A stretch of 64,000 nucleotides of DNA, taken from positions 49,892-113,891 of the forward strand of contig JBBISJ010000004.1 of the NCBI GenBank assembly GCA_037441345.1. The letters run 5' to 3'. A program made the translations under genes and the position numbers. This stretch comes from Chloroflexota bacterium (GTDB taxonomy: Bacteria > Chloroflexota > Dehalococcoidia > SM23-28-2 > RBG-16-64-32). Positions 56,016 to 64,000 of this stretch are shown here, one piece after another; position 1 is the stretch's first letter; each line of letters starts with the position of its first letter. The notes under the pieces are model-generated. The model was not told the origin of the DNA, ran no database searches, and saw only the letters and a program-made list of their open reading frames with translations.

Positions 56016-57986
56016 GTGCAACCGATGTCTGACGCCGCCCCGAGTAACGACGTCCGGTCCGCCGGGTTAGGGACCGGCGGCCTGCCGTACATCCCGGCAA
56101 TCGACGGCCTGCGCGCCCTCGCGATCGCCGCCGTCGTTCTCTACCACGCCGGATTTGGCTGGATGGGCGGCGGATTTCTGGGCGTCGAGGTCTTCTTCGT
56201 GATCAGCGGCTACCTCGTCACCAACATGCTGATCTCCGGCCGGGCCGCACCAGGCGGCCTGAGCCTCGCCGGCTTCTGGCAGCGCCGTGCCCGCCGTCTC
56301 CTCGCTGCGGTCGTCGTGCTTGTGGCCGGCGTGCTCGCGTACTGCGTGGCGTTCCTGCCCGGCGAGGTCGCGGGCCTCCGGGGAGACGCGGCGGCCGCTC
56401 TTGGGTACGCCAGCAACTGGTACTTGATCTTCGAGAACCAGTCATACTTCGAGTCCCTCGGCCGTCCGTCGATGCTGCAGCACCTCTGGTCCCTGGCAAT
56501 CGAGGAGCAGTTTTACATCGCCTGGCCCATCGCCTTCGCGCTCGTCTTCGGACGCCTGCGCCGCTGGGCCGCGGTGCCGCTCATTCTTGGCCTGGCGGTG
56601 GCGTCTGCCGTGCTGATGGCCGTCATGTACGAGCCCTTGACCGACCCGTCCCGCATCTACTACGGCGCCGATACGCGCGCCTCGGGGCTGCTCATCGGCG
56701 CGGCGCTCGCGTTCGTCTGGAACCCGGGCCGGCTGTCAGCAGCCCGCAATGTGGCGCTGCGTCTGAGCGCGGACGCGCTGGGACTGGCGGCGATCGGGGC
56801 GCTGGTGGGGCTGTGCGTCGTCCTGTCCAGCTTCGACCCCTTCCTTTACAGGGGAGGGTTCGCGCTCACGGCCGTCCTGACAGCCGTGCTCATCTCCGCC
56901 GCGGTCCACCCGGGTACGTTCGTCCTGGGGCGCGTACTGGGCTTTCGCCCTCTGGTCTGGATAGGGTTGCGCTCTTACAGCATCTACCTCTGGCACTGGC
57001 CGGTCTTCATGCTGACCCGGCCGGGCGTCGATGTGAGTCTCGACGGGTTCGTCTTGTTCGCGCTCAGGCTCGTTGTCAGCCTCGCTCTGGCCGAGGTCTC
57101 TTACCGGCTGGTGGAGACGCCGGTCCGCCGAGGCCTGCTCGGCCGCTGGTGGAGTTCGTTGCGGCAGCGAGCCCGTTCGCCGCTGTCGATCGGGTTTGCC
57201 CGGCCGCTGACTGCATCGGCGGGGGCGCTCGCCGGTGTGGCTGCTCTCGCCGCCGTGGTTGCCGAGGCAGAGCCGCCGCCGCCGCCGCCTTCGCTGGCGG
57301 TGGGCGAGGTGCGCGTCGTCTCATGGTCTGATGTCGGCGCGGACGAGCGGGCGGATTACAGGAGGGCGCATGTCACGGCGTCGCCGGTGCCGCCGACAGC
57401 GTCGCCCGTGCCGCTTACGGCGACGCCGGTCGCGCCCACGCCGACGATCACCGTCGCCGTCCCCGCAGTCACGCCGGTTCCCTACGTGCCACCGCCACCG
57501 CCGCCGCCCCTGGGAATTGCGGCGCCGCGTGTGCTCGCGGTCGGCGAATCCGTCATGCTCGGCGCCGCGCCGGGCCTCCTGCAGGTGATTCCGAACCTGG
57601 AGATTGATGCCGCCGTCTCCAGGCAGGCCGACAAGGACCTCGAGGTGTTGCGGGCGCGCCGCGACGCCGGGACGCTCGGCGACATCGTCATTCTGCATAT
57701 CGGCAACAACGGTGTGATTACCGAAGCGCAGTTCCGGGAGGCGATGGAGATATTATCCGGGGTGCCGCGCGTCGTCTGGGTGAACTTGAAGCTGCCGGAC
57801 CGCTACTGGGAAGGTCCCAACAACGACCTGCTGGCGCGGCAGGTGCCGCTGTACTCCAATGCGACGCTGATCGACTGGCACGCCGCCGGCTATGCGCGGC
57901 CCGATGTCTTCATCGAAGACCGCATCCACCTGAACCCCCTGGGTTACCCGTACTACGCCGGACTCATCGTCCCGTACACGCAGTAG
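56016..57986 (+). CDS. OatA-like O-acyltransferase: acyltransferase-3 membrane domain + Pro-rich linker + SGNH hydrolase domain
   Basis: IDGLRALAIAAVVLYHAG...FFVISGYL matches the AT3 start and gives ~10 TM helices. The linker is proline-rich (PPPPPS...PVPPTASPVP...PPPPPPP). The C-terminal SGNH block is GESVMLGAAP...DRIHLNP. Confidence 0.8.
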   Translation: MQPMSDAAPSNDVRSAGLGTGGLPYIPAIDGLRALAIAAVVLYHAGFGWMGGGFLGVEVFFVISGYLVTNMLISGRAAPGGLSLAGFWQRRARRLLAAVVVLVAGVLAYCVAFLPGEVAGLRGDAAAALGYASNWYLIFENQSYFESLGRPSMLQHLWSLAIEEQFYIAWPIAFALVFGRLRRWAAVPLILGLAVASAVLMAVMYEPLTDPSRIYYGADTRASGLLIGAALAFVWNPGRLSAARNVALRLSADALGLAAIGALVGLCVVLSSFDPFLYRGGFALTAVLTAVLISAAVHPGTFVLGRVLGFRPLVWIGLRSYSIYLWHWPVFMLTRPGVDVSLDGFVLFALRLVVSLALAEVSYRLVETPVRRGLLGRWWSSLRQRARSPLSIGFARPLTASAGALAGVAALAAVVAEAEPPPPPPSLAVGEVRVVSWSDVGADERADYRRAHVTASPVPPTASPVPLTATPVAPTPTITVAVPAVTPVPYVPPPPPPPLGIAAPRVLAVGESVMLGAAPGLLQVIPNLEIDAAVSRQADKDLEVLRARRDAGTLGDIVILHIGNNGVITEAQFREAMEILSGVPRVVWVNLKLPDRYWEGPNNDLLARQVPLYSNATLIDWHAAGYARPDVFIEDRIHLNPLGYPYYAGLIVPYTQ

Positions 57987-57992
57987 CCGCGC

Positions 57993-59243
57993 TCAGTTCC
58001 CGAAGTCCCAGCCCAGGCCGGAGTGGTAGCGCTTCAGGATGTTCTTCGCGATGAGGATCTTGTGCACCTCATCCGGACCGTCCGCCAGCCGCAGCACGCG
58101 GGCGCCCTCGTACATCGCGTATAGCGGCAGGTCGCCGGAAACGCCCGCCGCGCCCCAGACCTGGATCGCGCGGTCGACGACGCGGTGGTAAGCCGCGGGC
58201 ACGAAGATCTTGATCGCCGAGATGTCCGTGCGCGGGTCCACCATGCTCTCCATCTTCTCCGCGCAGTGGATCGTCATCAGGCGCGCCGCCTGGATATCGA
58301 TGTAGGAATCCGCGATGAACCCCTGGATGAACTGCTTGGTCTCCAGCAGCCCGCCGTGCACCTCCCGCGTCATGGACCGCTCCACCATGAGGTCGAACGC
58401 CCGCCACATCTGGCCGACCGAGTTCATGCAGTGGAACACGCGTCCCGCGCCCAGCCGGTCCTGGGCGGCCCGGTGACCGGTTCCCGTCGCGCCCAGCTGG
58501 TTCGTCACCGGCACGCGGACATCCTCGTAGATGATCTCGCAGTGGTCGCTATCGCGTCCCCAGACCGGCACGCCGCGGATGATATTCACGCCGGGCGTGT
58601 CGCGCGGCACGATGATCTGCGTCATCTTGCCGTTGGCCTCGGCCGGGCCCTGCGGGTCTTCCGTCCGGCACATGACGATGAAGAAATGCGCGCGCTTGCC
58701 GTTTGACGTGAACCACTTGTGGCCGTTGATCACCCACTCGTCGCCGTCGCGCCGCGCCGTCGTCTGGATTGCTCGCGGGTCGGAACCGGGCTGGTCCGGT
58801 TCGGTCATCGAGAAGCCGGACTCCATGCCGTCCTCGATCATCGGGATCAGCCACTTCCTCTTCTGCTCCTCTGTCCCGTACTTGGCGAGGATCGTCTGGT
58901 TGCCGGAGTTCGGGGCAACGACGCCGAAGAGCGACGCTGCGCCGACGGCGTAGGCAAGGACCTCGTTCATGTAGGCGTGCTCCATGAAGCTGAGGCCGGC
59001 GCCGCCGTATTCCTCGGGCAGGTGCGGCGCCCATATCCCCGCCTGCTTCACCTTCGCCTTGATCTCCTCGCGCTTGTCTTTCGCCGCACGGCGGTCGCTC
59101 TCGGTGACACGCCCGTCGCTCTCCCAGGCCCAGAGCATGTTCTCGTTGGGCAGGATCTCCTTGTTCACGATCTGGGCCGTCAGGGAGCGGATCTCGTTCA
59201 CGCGCTCCGGCACATTCGGAATCGGCTGTACGTTCATCTTCAT
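57993..59243 (-). CDS. acyl-CoA dehydrogenase family protein
   Basis: ACAD N/M/C domains (GFSMTEPDQPGSDP, catalytic region YEGARVLRL...). AGGAG RBS before ATG 59243. Confidence 0.85.
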   Translation of the reverse strand: MKMNVQPIPNVPERVNEIRSLTAQIVNKEILPNENMLWAWESDGRVTESDRRAAKDKREEIKAKVKQAGIWAPHLPEEYGGAGLSFMEHAYMNEVLAYAVGAASLFGVVAPNSGNQTILAKYGTEEQKRKWLIPMIEDGMESGFSMTEPDQPGSDPRAIQTTARRDGDEWVINGHKWFTSNGKRAHFFIVMCRTEDPQGPAEANGKMTQIIVPRDTPGVNIIRGVPVWGRDSDHCEIIYEDVRVPVTNQLGATGTGHRAAQDRLGAGRVFHCMNSVGQMWRAFDLMVERSMTREVHGGLLETKQFIQGFIADSYIDIQAARLMTIHCAEKMESMVDPRTDISAIKIFVPAAYHRVVDRAIQVWGAAGVSGDLPLYAMYEGARVLRLADGPDEVHKILIAKNILKRYHSGLGWDFGN

Positions 59244-59409
59244 GGGGCAATCTCCTTCTTGCGCCGCGAACACGGCTGACAGGTAATCATCTACCAGTCT
59301 GACGCCGATTCCACAAGTGCCGGGACGCCTGAAGGCCATTTGGCCCTTCCTCCCAATCCGGTTGCCCGTAAGATTGAAGGAGATGTTGGCGGAGGTCCAG
59401 AGAAGCTAG

Positions 59410-60111
59410 ATGCCGCAACGGCCGGCGCGCAAGACCGCGAGGCGGTCGCCGCCGCTGCGTCCGTATTTCATCGGCGCCCTCGTCGCCGTTCTCGCCGTGG
59501 GAGCGGTGTTGATCATCGGCGCTCTCACCCGGGACAGCGGCCCTTCGCCGACCGCCGAAATCCGCGTCCCCACACCGCGTCCGACCGGCATCCCCCGGGA
59601 GGGTCACACGTACGGCGATCCCCATGCCGCTGTCGTACTGGAGGAGTACCTGGACTTCCAGTGCCCGGTCTGCCTCGGGGCCGAGCGTCAGCTCTTGCCC
59701 CGTATCGAGGAGCTGTTCATCGCGACCGGCACCGCCCGGCTGGAGACGCGGCCGATCGCCATCCTCGGCGACGAGTCCGTCCAGGCGGCGGCCGCCGCCG
59801 AGTGCGCTGACGACCAGGGAGAGTTCTGGGCGTACCACGACATCCTCTTCGCGAACTGGGCGGGCGAGAACGAAGGCGCGTTCAAGGACTCCCGCCTGAA
59901 AGAGATGGCGCTGAAGATCGGCCTCGATGCCGCCGCGTTCAATTCCTGCCTGGACTCCGGCAAGTACGTGGAGCAGGTCAAACAGGTGACAGAGGCCGCC
60001 CGGGCAATCGAGGGGTTCCACGGCACGCCAACGTTCTTCGTGAACGGCGAGAAGGTCTCGAACACGGCAGGCGACATTACCGCCGCGATCGAAGCCGCCG
60101 CGGGACAGTAG
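59410..60111 (+). CDS. DsbA-family thiol:disulfide oxidoreductase (membrane-anchored)
   Basis: N-terminal TM, then the CPVC active site within a thioredoxin fold (LEEYLDFQCPVC...GTPTFFVNG). Confidence 0.75.
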   Translation: MPQRPARKTARRSPPLRPYFIGALVAVLAVGAVLIIGALTRDSGPSPTAEIRVPTPRPTGIPREGHTYGDPHAAVVLEEYLDFQCPVCLGAERQLLPRIEELFIATGTARLETRPIAILGDESVQAAAAAECADDQGEFWAYHDILFANWAGENEGAFKDSRLKEMALKIGLDAAAFNSCLDSGKYVEQVKQVTEAARAIEGFHGTPTFFVNGEKVSNTAGDITAAIEAAAGQ

Positions 60112-60112
60112 C

Positions 60113-60562
60113 TTGGGCCAGGCAAGGCTGTGGGGGCTGCTGGCCCTCCTGGCCGTTGCGGGGATCGGGACGTCCGCGTACCTGACCTACAGCCATTACG
60201 CCGATAATCCCACCGTCTGCGCCGGCATCGGCTCCTGCGAGTTCGTCCAGAACAGCAAGTACTCCGAGATGGCGGGCGTGCCCGTCGCTCTCATGGGCCT
60301 CCTGTATTTCATCGCGACGCTGGGTCTGTGCGGCGTCCGGCTACTCCGCGGCGTTACGGTTGATCAGTGGGCCCGCCCGGTTGCCTTCACGATGGGGGTC
60401 GGCAGTTCCCTCTTTGTCATCTACCTCACCTGCGTCGAGCTCTTCGTGATCGACGCTATCTGCGTCTGGTGCGTCGCGACGGCGTCGATTACGATCGCCT
60501 GCCTCGCTGTGGTCGTCTGGATGATCGTATCCGCAGAACGGGAAGAGGCGCTGGATGATTGA
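60113..60562 (+). CDS. vitamin K epoxide reductase (VKOR) family protein
   Basis: 4 TM helices. Loop cysteines CAGIGSC and the active-site CVWC are the VKOR signature. Adjacent to DsbA. Confidence 0.75.
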   Translation: MGQARLWGLLALLAVAGIGTSAYLTYSHYADNPTVCAGIGSCEFVQNSKYSEMAGVPVALMGLLYFIATLGLCGVRLLRGVTVDQWARPVAFTMGVGSSLFVIYLTCVELFVIDAICVWCVATASITIACLAVVVWMIVSAEREEALDD

Positions 60563-61379
60563 GCACGCGGAGACACGCGCGATCGCGGAGGAGATGCTCG
60601 CCGCCCTCGATGCCGTCGCGCTGGTCGACCTGCCGACGGAGCGCTACCCCGGCATCGATTTCGCCGCCGCCTACCGCGTGGCCGCCGCGGAAACCCGCCT
60701 CCGCTCCGAACGGGGGGAACAGCCCGCCGGACGCAAGATCGGTTACACGAACCGCAATATCTGGGCCCAGTACAACGTGCACCAGCCGATCTGGGGACAC
60801 ATGTACGCGCACACGATCGACTTCGCCTCCGGCAACGCCGCTGGAGTGCCGCTCGCCGGCATGGTCGCGCCGCGAGTCGAGCCGGAGATTGCGTTCAAGC
60901 TGCGGTCGACTGTGCCGGCCGGATGCTCGGACCCGGCCGAAGTCCTGAGGTCTGTTGAGTGGATGGCGCGGGCGTTCGAGATCGTCGACTGCCACTACCT
61001 GGACTGGAAGTTCACGGGCCCCGACTCCGTGATCGACTTCGGCCACCACGCTGCGCTCGTCGTCGGCGAGCCGGCCGCGATCCGGGAGGACGACATTCCG
61101 TGGCTTGTCACCGCGCTCCAGGACTGCGGGGTAACCCTCCTGCGCGATGGGGCTCTCGTTGATCGCGGCGCGGGTTCGAACGCGCTCGATCACCCCGCGC
61201 TGGCCCTCGCCCTCCTCGCGGACGTCATCGCGTCGCAGCCCGAGGCGGCGCCGCTCGCGGTGGGCGAGATCGTCACCACGGGCACGCTGACCGCCGCCAT
61301 GCCGGTCCTGCCGGGCGAGACGTGGCGCACCGATACAGAAGGACTCGCGCTCCCGCCGCTGACCATCCGGTTTGAGTGA
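60555..61379 (+). CDS. 2-keto-4-pentenoate hydratase/FAH-fold hydratase-decarboxylase family protein
   Basis: MhpD/HpcG-like length and motifs (GRKIGYTNRNIW, EPEIAFKL). Confidence 0.65.
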   Translation: MIEHAETRAIAEEMLAALDAVALVDLPTERYPGIDFAAAYRVAAAETRLRSERGEQPAGRKIGYTNRNIWAQYNVHQPIWGHMYAHTIDFASGNAAGVPLAGMVAPRVEPEIAFKLRSTVPAGCSDPAEVLRSVEWMARAFEIVDCHYLDWKFTGPDSVIDFGHHAALVVGEPAAIREDDIPWLVTALQDCGVTLLRDGALVDRGAGSNALDHPALALALLADVIASQPEAAPLAVGEIVTTGTLTAAMPVLPGETWRTDTEGLALPPLTIRFE

Positions 61380-61385
61380 CGCCCG

Positions 61386-62531
61386 TCAGGCGGCCGGGAG
61401 GACGTGGATGCGGTCCGGCCGGACGTGCATCTCGATCTGCTTGTTCGCGTCCAGCCGCAGCCGGTAGTACGTGTACTCCGGCAGGTCGATCTCCAGGTCG
61501 AACCGGTTGGGCGAACTGTCGAGTTTCACGTAGAGGCGCCGCGCCTCCGTCATCAACGTCTCGTCCACGATCTCGCCGCTCAGGTGGTTCCGCTTCTCCG
61601 GGAACTCGGCGTCGTCCTCGCGGCGGATCATGACGTGGGTGGACCGGATGCACATCTCCACGGCCCCGCCCGGCGTGTGCCTCGTTTCGCCGTCCGCGAA
61701 CAGCGTTTGCCCGTTCCATTCGATCGCGGTCAGCCCGTCCCCGGCGCCGGTGACAGTGCCACGCAGTATGTTGCGTATCCCAACCAATTCCGCCACTTTT
61801 CGCGTCGCCGGCCGCGTGTACACGTCGTCGCGCGTTCCCTGCTGGAGCACGCTCCCTTCATCGATGACGACGATCCAGTCACCGAGGGCGAACGCATCGA
61901 TGAGGTCGTGTGTCACCGTGATCATCGCCGTCCCGGATGCGGACTGCAGGCGCGAAAGGTCGGCCCGCAGTCCGGCCCGCAGGGGCGCGTCGATAGCGGC
62001 GAACGGCTCGTCCAGCAAGAGCACCAGCGGGTCGACCGCAAGCGCCCTCGCCAGGGCCACCCGTTGTTGCTGGCCGCCGGAGAGCCGGCGCGGGCGCTGC
62101 GACTCGAGCCCCGCCAGCCCTACGAGCTCCAGCATCGCCTTCAGCTTGCCCTCCCGCTCGGCCGTCGACATCGCGCCGAGCCCGTAGAGGACGTTCTGCG
62201 TCACGGTCATGTGTGGAAACAGGCCGTAGCCCTGCGGGACGTAGCCCGCCCGCCGCTTGTTCGGCGCCAGCCGGACCCCGGCCGCCGTATCCTCCATGAC
62301 CTGCCCCGCGATCTCGATTCGGCAGGCGTCCGGCCGGAAAATCCCGGCGATTGCCCTCAGGGTCAGGCTCTTGCCCGCCCCTGATGGGCCAAACAGGACG
62401 ATGCGGTTCGCAGTGGCGCCGAAGCGCACATCCAGCGTGAATGACCGGAACCGCCGCCGCACATCCACCTGGACCGGCGCGCCCTGCCCCCCCCGCTCCG
62501 GAGCCTCCTCGCGTGTCGCCTCCTGGCTCAC
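61386..62531 (-). CDS. modC: molybdate/sulfate-type ABC transporter ATP-binding protein with C-terminal TOBE domain
   Basis: Walker A GPSGAGKS, signature LSGGQQQRVALARAL, Walker B LLLDEP, plus a C-terminal Mop/TOBE barrel. Confidence 0.85.
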   Translation of the reverse strand: MSQEATREEAPERGGQGAPVQVDVRRRFRSFTLDVRFGATANRIVLFGPSGAGKSLTLRAIAGIFRPDACRIEIAGQVMEDTAAGVRLAPNKRRAGYVPQGYGLFPHMTVTQNVLYGLGAMSTAEREGKLKAMLELVGLAGLESQRPRRLSGGQQQRVALARALAVDPLVLLLDEPFAAIDAPLRAGLRADLSRLQSASGTAMITVTHDLIDAFALGDWIVVIDEGSVLQQGTRDDVYTRPATRKVAELVGIRNILRGTVTGAGDGLTAIEWNGQTLFADGETRHTPGGAVEMCIRSTHVMIRREDDAEFPEKRNHLSGEIVDETLMTEARRLYVKLDSSPNRFDLEIDLPEYTYYRLRLDANKQIEMHVRPDRIHVLPAA

Positions 62532-62532
62532 C

Positions 62533-63198
62533 TCAGCGCCTCCCGAACAGCCCCGCAGCGTATGTGAAGGCGAAGAGGCTCAGGGCGCTCATCCCGATGA
62601 GCAGGAGCGCTGTTGCGTTCGCCCGGTCTGTATCGCCGGCCTGCACCGCGTCGTACACGGCCACGGACAGCGTCCGTGTCCTGCCGGGGATGTTGCCGGC
62701 GACCATGATCGTCGCGCCGAACTCGCCGACCGCCCGCGCGAACGCCAGCGCGATGCCGGCGATGATGCCGCGCATCGCCAGCGGCGCCGTCACGGTCCGG
62801 AATACGGCGAGGCGCGAACGCCCGAGCGTCGAGGCGACCCGCTCCAGCTCCGGGTCCACCTGCTCGAACGCCGTCTGGGCAGTGCGGATGAGAAGCGGCG
62901 CAGCCAGGATCGAAGCGGCAATGGCGGCTCCCGCCCACGTGAACACCAGCCGGATGCCCAGGTCATCGTTCAGGAAGCGGCCCATCGCACTGCTCTGTCC
63001 CAGCCCGCGCAGCAGGTAGTAGCCGACCACCGTCGGTGGCAGCACGAGTGGCAGCGTCACGGCAGCTTCGATCAGCCCGCGCCCGGGGAACCGCCTGCGC
63101 GCCAGCACCCAGGCCAGCGGCAGGCCGTACGCCATGCACAGCGCCGTGGACAGCACCGCCACCTGGAGGGTGATGCGCAGGTCGTCGAAGTCAATCAT
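62533..63198 (-). CDS. modB: molybdate ABC transporter permease
   Basis: 5-6 TM helices and the EAA-like loop (ERVASTLGRSRLAVFRTVTAPLA). Confidence 0.85.
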   Translation of the reverse strand: MIDFDDLRITLQVAVLSTALCMAYGLPLAWVLARRRFPGRGLIEAAVTLPLVLPPTVVGYYLLRGLGQSSAMGRFLNDDLGIRLVFTWAGAAIAASILAAPLLIRTAQTAFEQVDPELERVASTLGRSRLAVFRTVTAPLAMRGIIAGIALAFARAVGEFGATIMVAGNIPGRTRTLSVAVYDAVQAGDTDRANATALLLIGMSALSLFAFTYAAGLFGRR

Positions 63199-63965
63199 TC
63201 GTCTGGCGCCTCGAATCCGTACTTCGCCAGCACCTCCCGGCCTTCCCCGCCGGCGATGAAGTCGATGAACTCCACCGCCAGGTCTTTGTGCGCGCTCCGG
63301 GAAAGCACGGCCGCCGCCTGGCGCAGGGGGTGGTGCAGGCTGTCATCGATGAGAGTGTAGCGGAGGCTGCCCTGCGCCTGCACCGCCAGTGACAGCGGGA
63401 TGATCCCCGCGTCCGCGTCGCCGGTCTCGACGAACTGCGCCGCCTGCGACGCGTTCTCGCCCATCACGAGCCTGTCCTGCACCGCCTCCCAGAGCCCCGC
63501 CGACTCCAGCGCCTCCTTCGCCGCGACTCCATACGGCGCGTGCTCCGGGTTCGCGATCGACAGCCGCTTCACCTCCGGCCCGGCGACGCTGCTAAAATCG
63601 GCCGGGTCGAGGGACGAGCCGGCCGGGACCGCCAGCACGATTCGGCCCACGGCATACAGACGTTTGCTGCCCGCGACCACGAGGCCTTTCCCTTCCAGGC
63701 TGTCGATGTAGCCCTCGTTTGCTGAAGCGAAAACGTCGGCGGGCAGCCCCGCCTCGATCTGCGCCGCGAACTTACCCGACGAGCCGAACGTCAGCACCAG
63801 TTCGCAGCCGCACTGCTCCTCGAACGGTCCGCGCAGCTCCTCGAAGGCGTACTGGAGGTCGGCGGCTGCCGCGACGCTCACCTCCGGTCGCCCGGAGTTG
63901 CCTCCGCTGCATGCCGCGAGCAGGCCCAGGCACACGCCGATCAGCGCAAGGGCAGGCAAACGCAT
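63195..63965 (-). CDS. modA: molybdate-binding periplasmic lipoprotein
   Basis: Lipobox LLAACSG; ModA fold motifs (LTFGSSGKFAAQIEAG, ANPEHAPYG). Confidence 0.8.
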   Translation of the reverse strand: MRLPALALIGVCLGLLAACSGGNSGRPEVSVAAAADLQYAFEELRGPFEEQCGCELVLTFGSSGKFAAQIEAGLPADVFASANEGYIDSLEGKGLVVAGSKRLYAVGRIVLAVPAGSSLDPADFSSVAGPEVKRLSIANPEHAPYGVAAKEALESAGLWEAVQDRLVMGENASQAAQFVETGDADAGIIPLSLAVQAQGSLRYTLIDDSLHHPLRQAAAVLSRSAHKDLAVEFIDFIAGGEGREVLAKYGFEAPDE

Positions 63966-64000
63966 GTGTCGATGGTCGTTTGTGTGCGCAGGCCCGTCAA

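Noticed and set aside
1-64000. Integrase, transposase, tRNA or rRNA genes that could anchor the putative islets
   Set aside because: No ORF shows tyrosine/serine recombinase or DDE motifs. No intergenic stretch has tRNA-like features (T-arm GTTCGAATC-type, CCA end). The islets therefore look decayed or non-autonomous.

Overview
High-GC (~68%) bacterial chromosomal segment carrying mainly core and accessory metabolic genes, with no obvious plasmid, phage or defence genes. The lineage is a guess: the F420-type Ddn-like gene, a Firmicute-style DnaD/DnaI module next to dnaB, and a monoderm-looking gene context point to Chloroflexi/Thermomicrobia-like or Actinobacteria-like. Main blocks, in order: (1) 1-19.6 kb, a glycoconjugate biosynthesis locus. 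It holds a HAD hydrolase, two SAM methyltransferases, a DPM1-like GT2, a DegT aminotransferase, a giant secreted lysozyme/SLT-like protein with 7 novel tandem repeats, a GT-C (PMT/ArnT-like) membrane transferase, a GT4-GT2 fusion, a GT2, rmlABCD, a PglC-like phosphoglycosyl transferase, a GT4 and a WecB/TagA GT26. (2) 20-28.7 kb: a P450 with its ferredoxin, purF, a Ddn-like deazaflavin reductase, a BBE/FAD oxidase and a sulfatase. (3) 28.8-33.4 kb: rplI-dnaB followed by a DnaD-like gene and a tandem-duplicated DnaI/DnaC-like AAA+ loader. (4) purL, a zinc-ribbon paralogue cassette, purQ, glyA, then rpsF-ssb-rpsR, a PrsA-like PPIase, hom and thrC. (5) a ~3 kb lower-GC islet inserted at the thrC 3' end, holding an ACP, a frameshifted GNAT, a lipoprotein and an alpha-lytic protease, bounded by a protein-conserving duplicate of the thrC terminus. 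(6) an amidohydrolase, an SCP-x thiolase, a BNR lipoprotein, an OatA-like O-acyltransferase, an acyl-CoA dehydrogenase, a DsbA-VKOR pair and modABC. Two dispersed repeat families recur at gene boundaries: a REP-like palindrome (GTCATTCCCGC-N4-6-GCGGGAATC) and tandem heptamer arrays (GTGAGTG/GTGAAGA). Three heptamer arrays sit in frame inside coding sequence. All calls come from reading the supplied translations and sequence; no database search was run.
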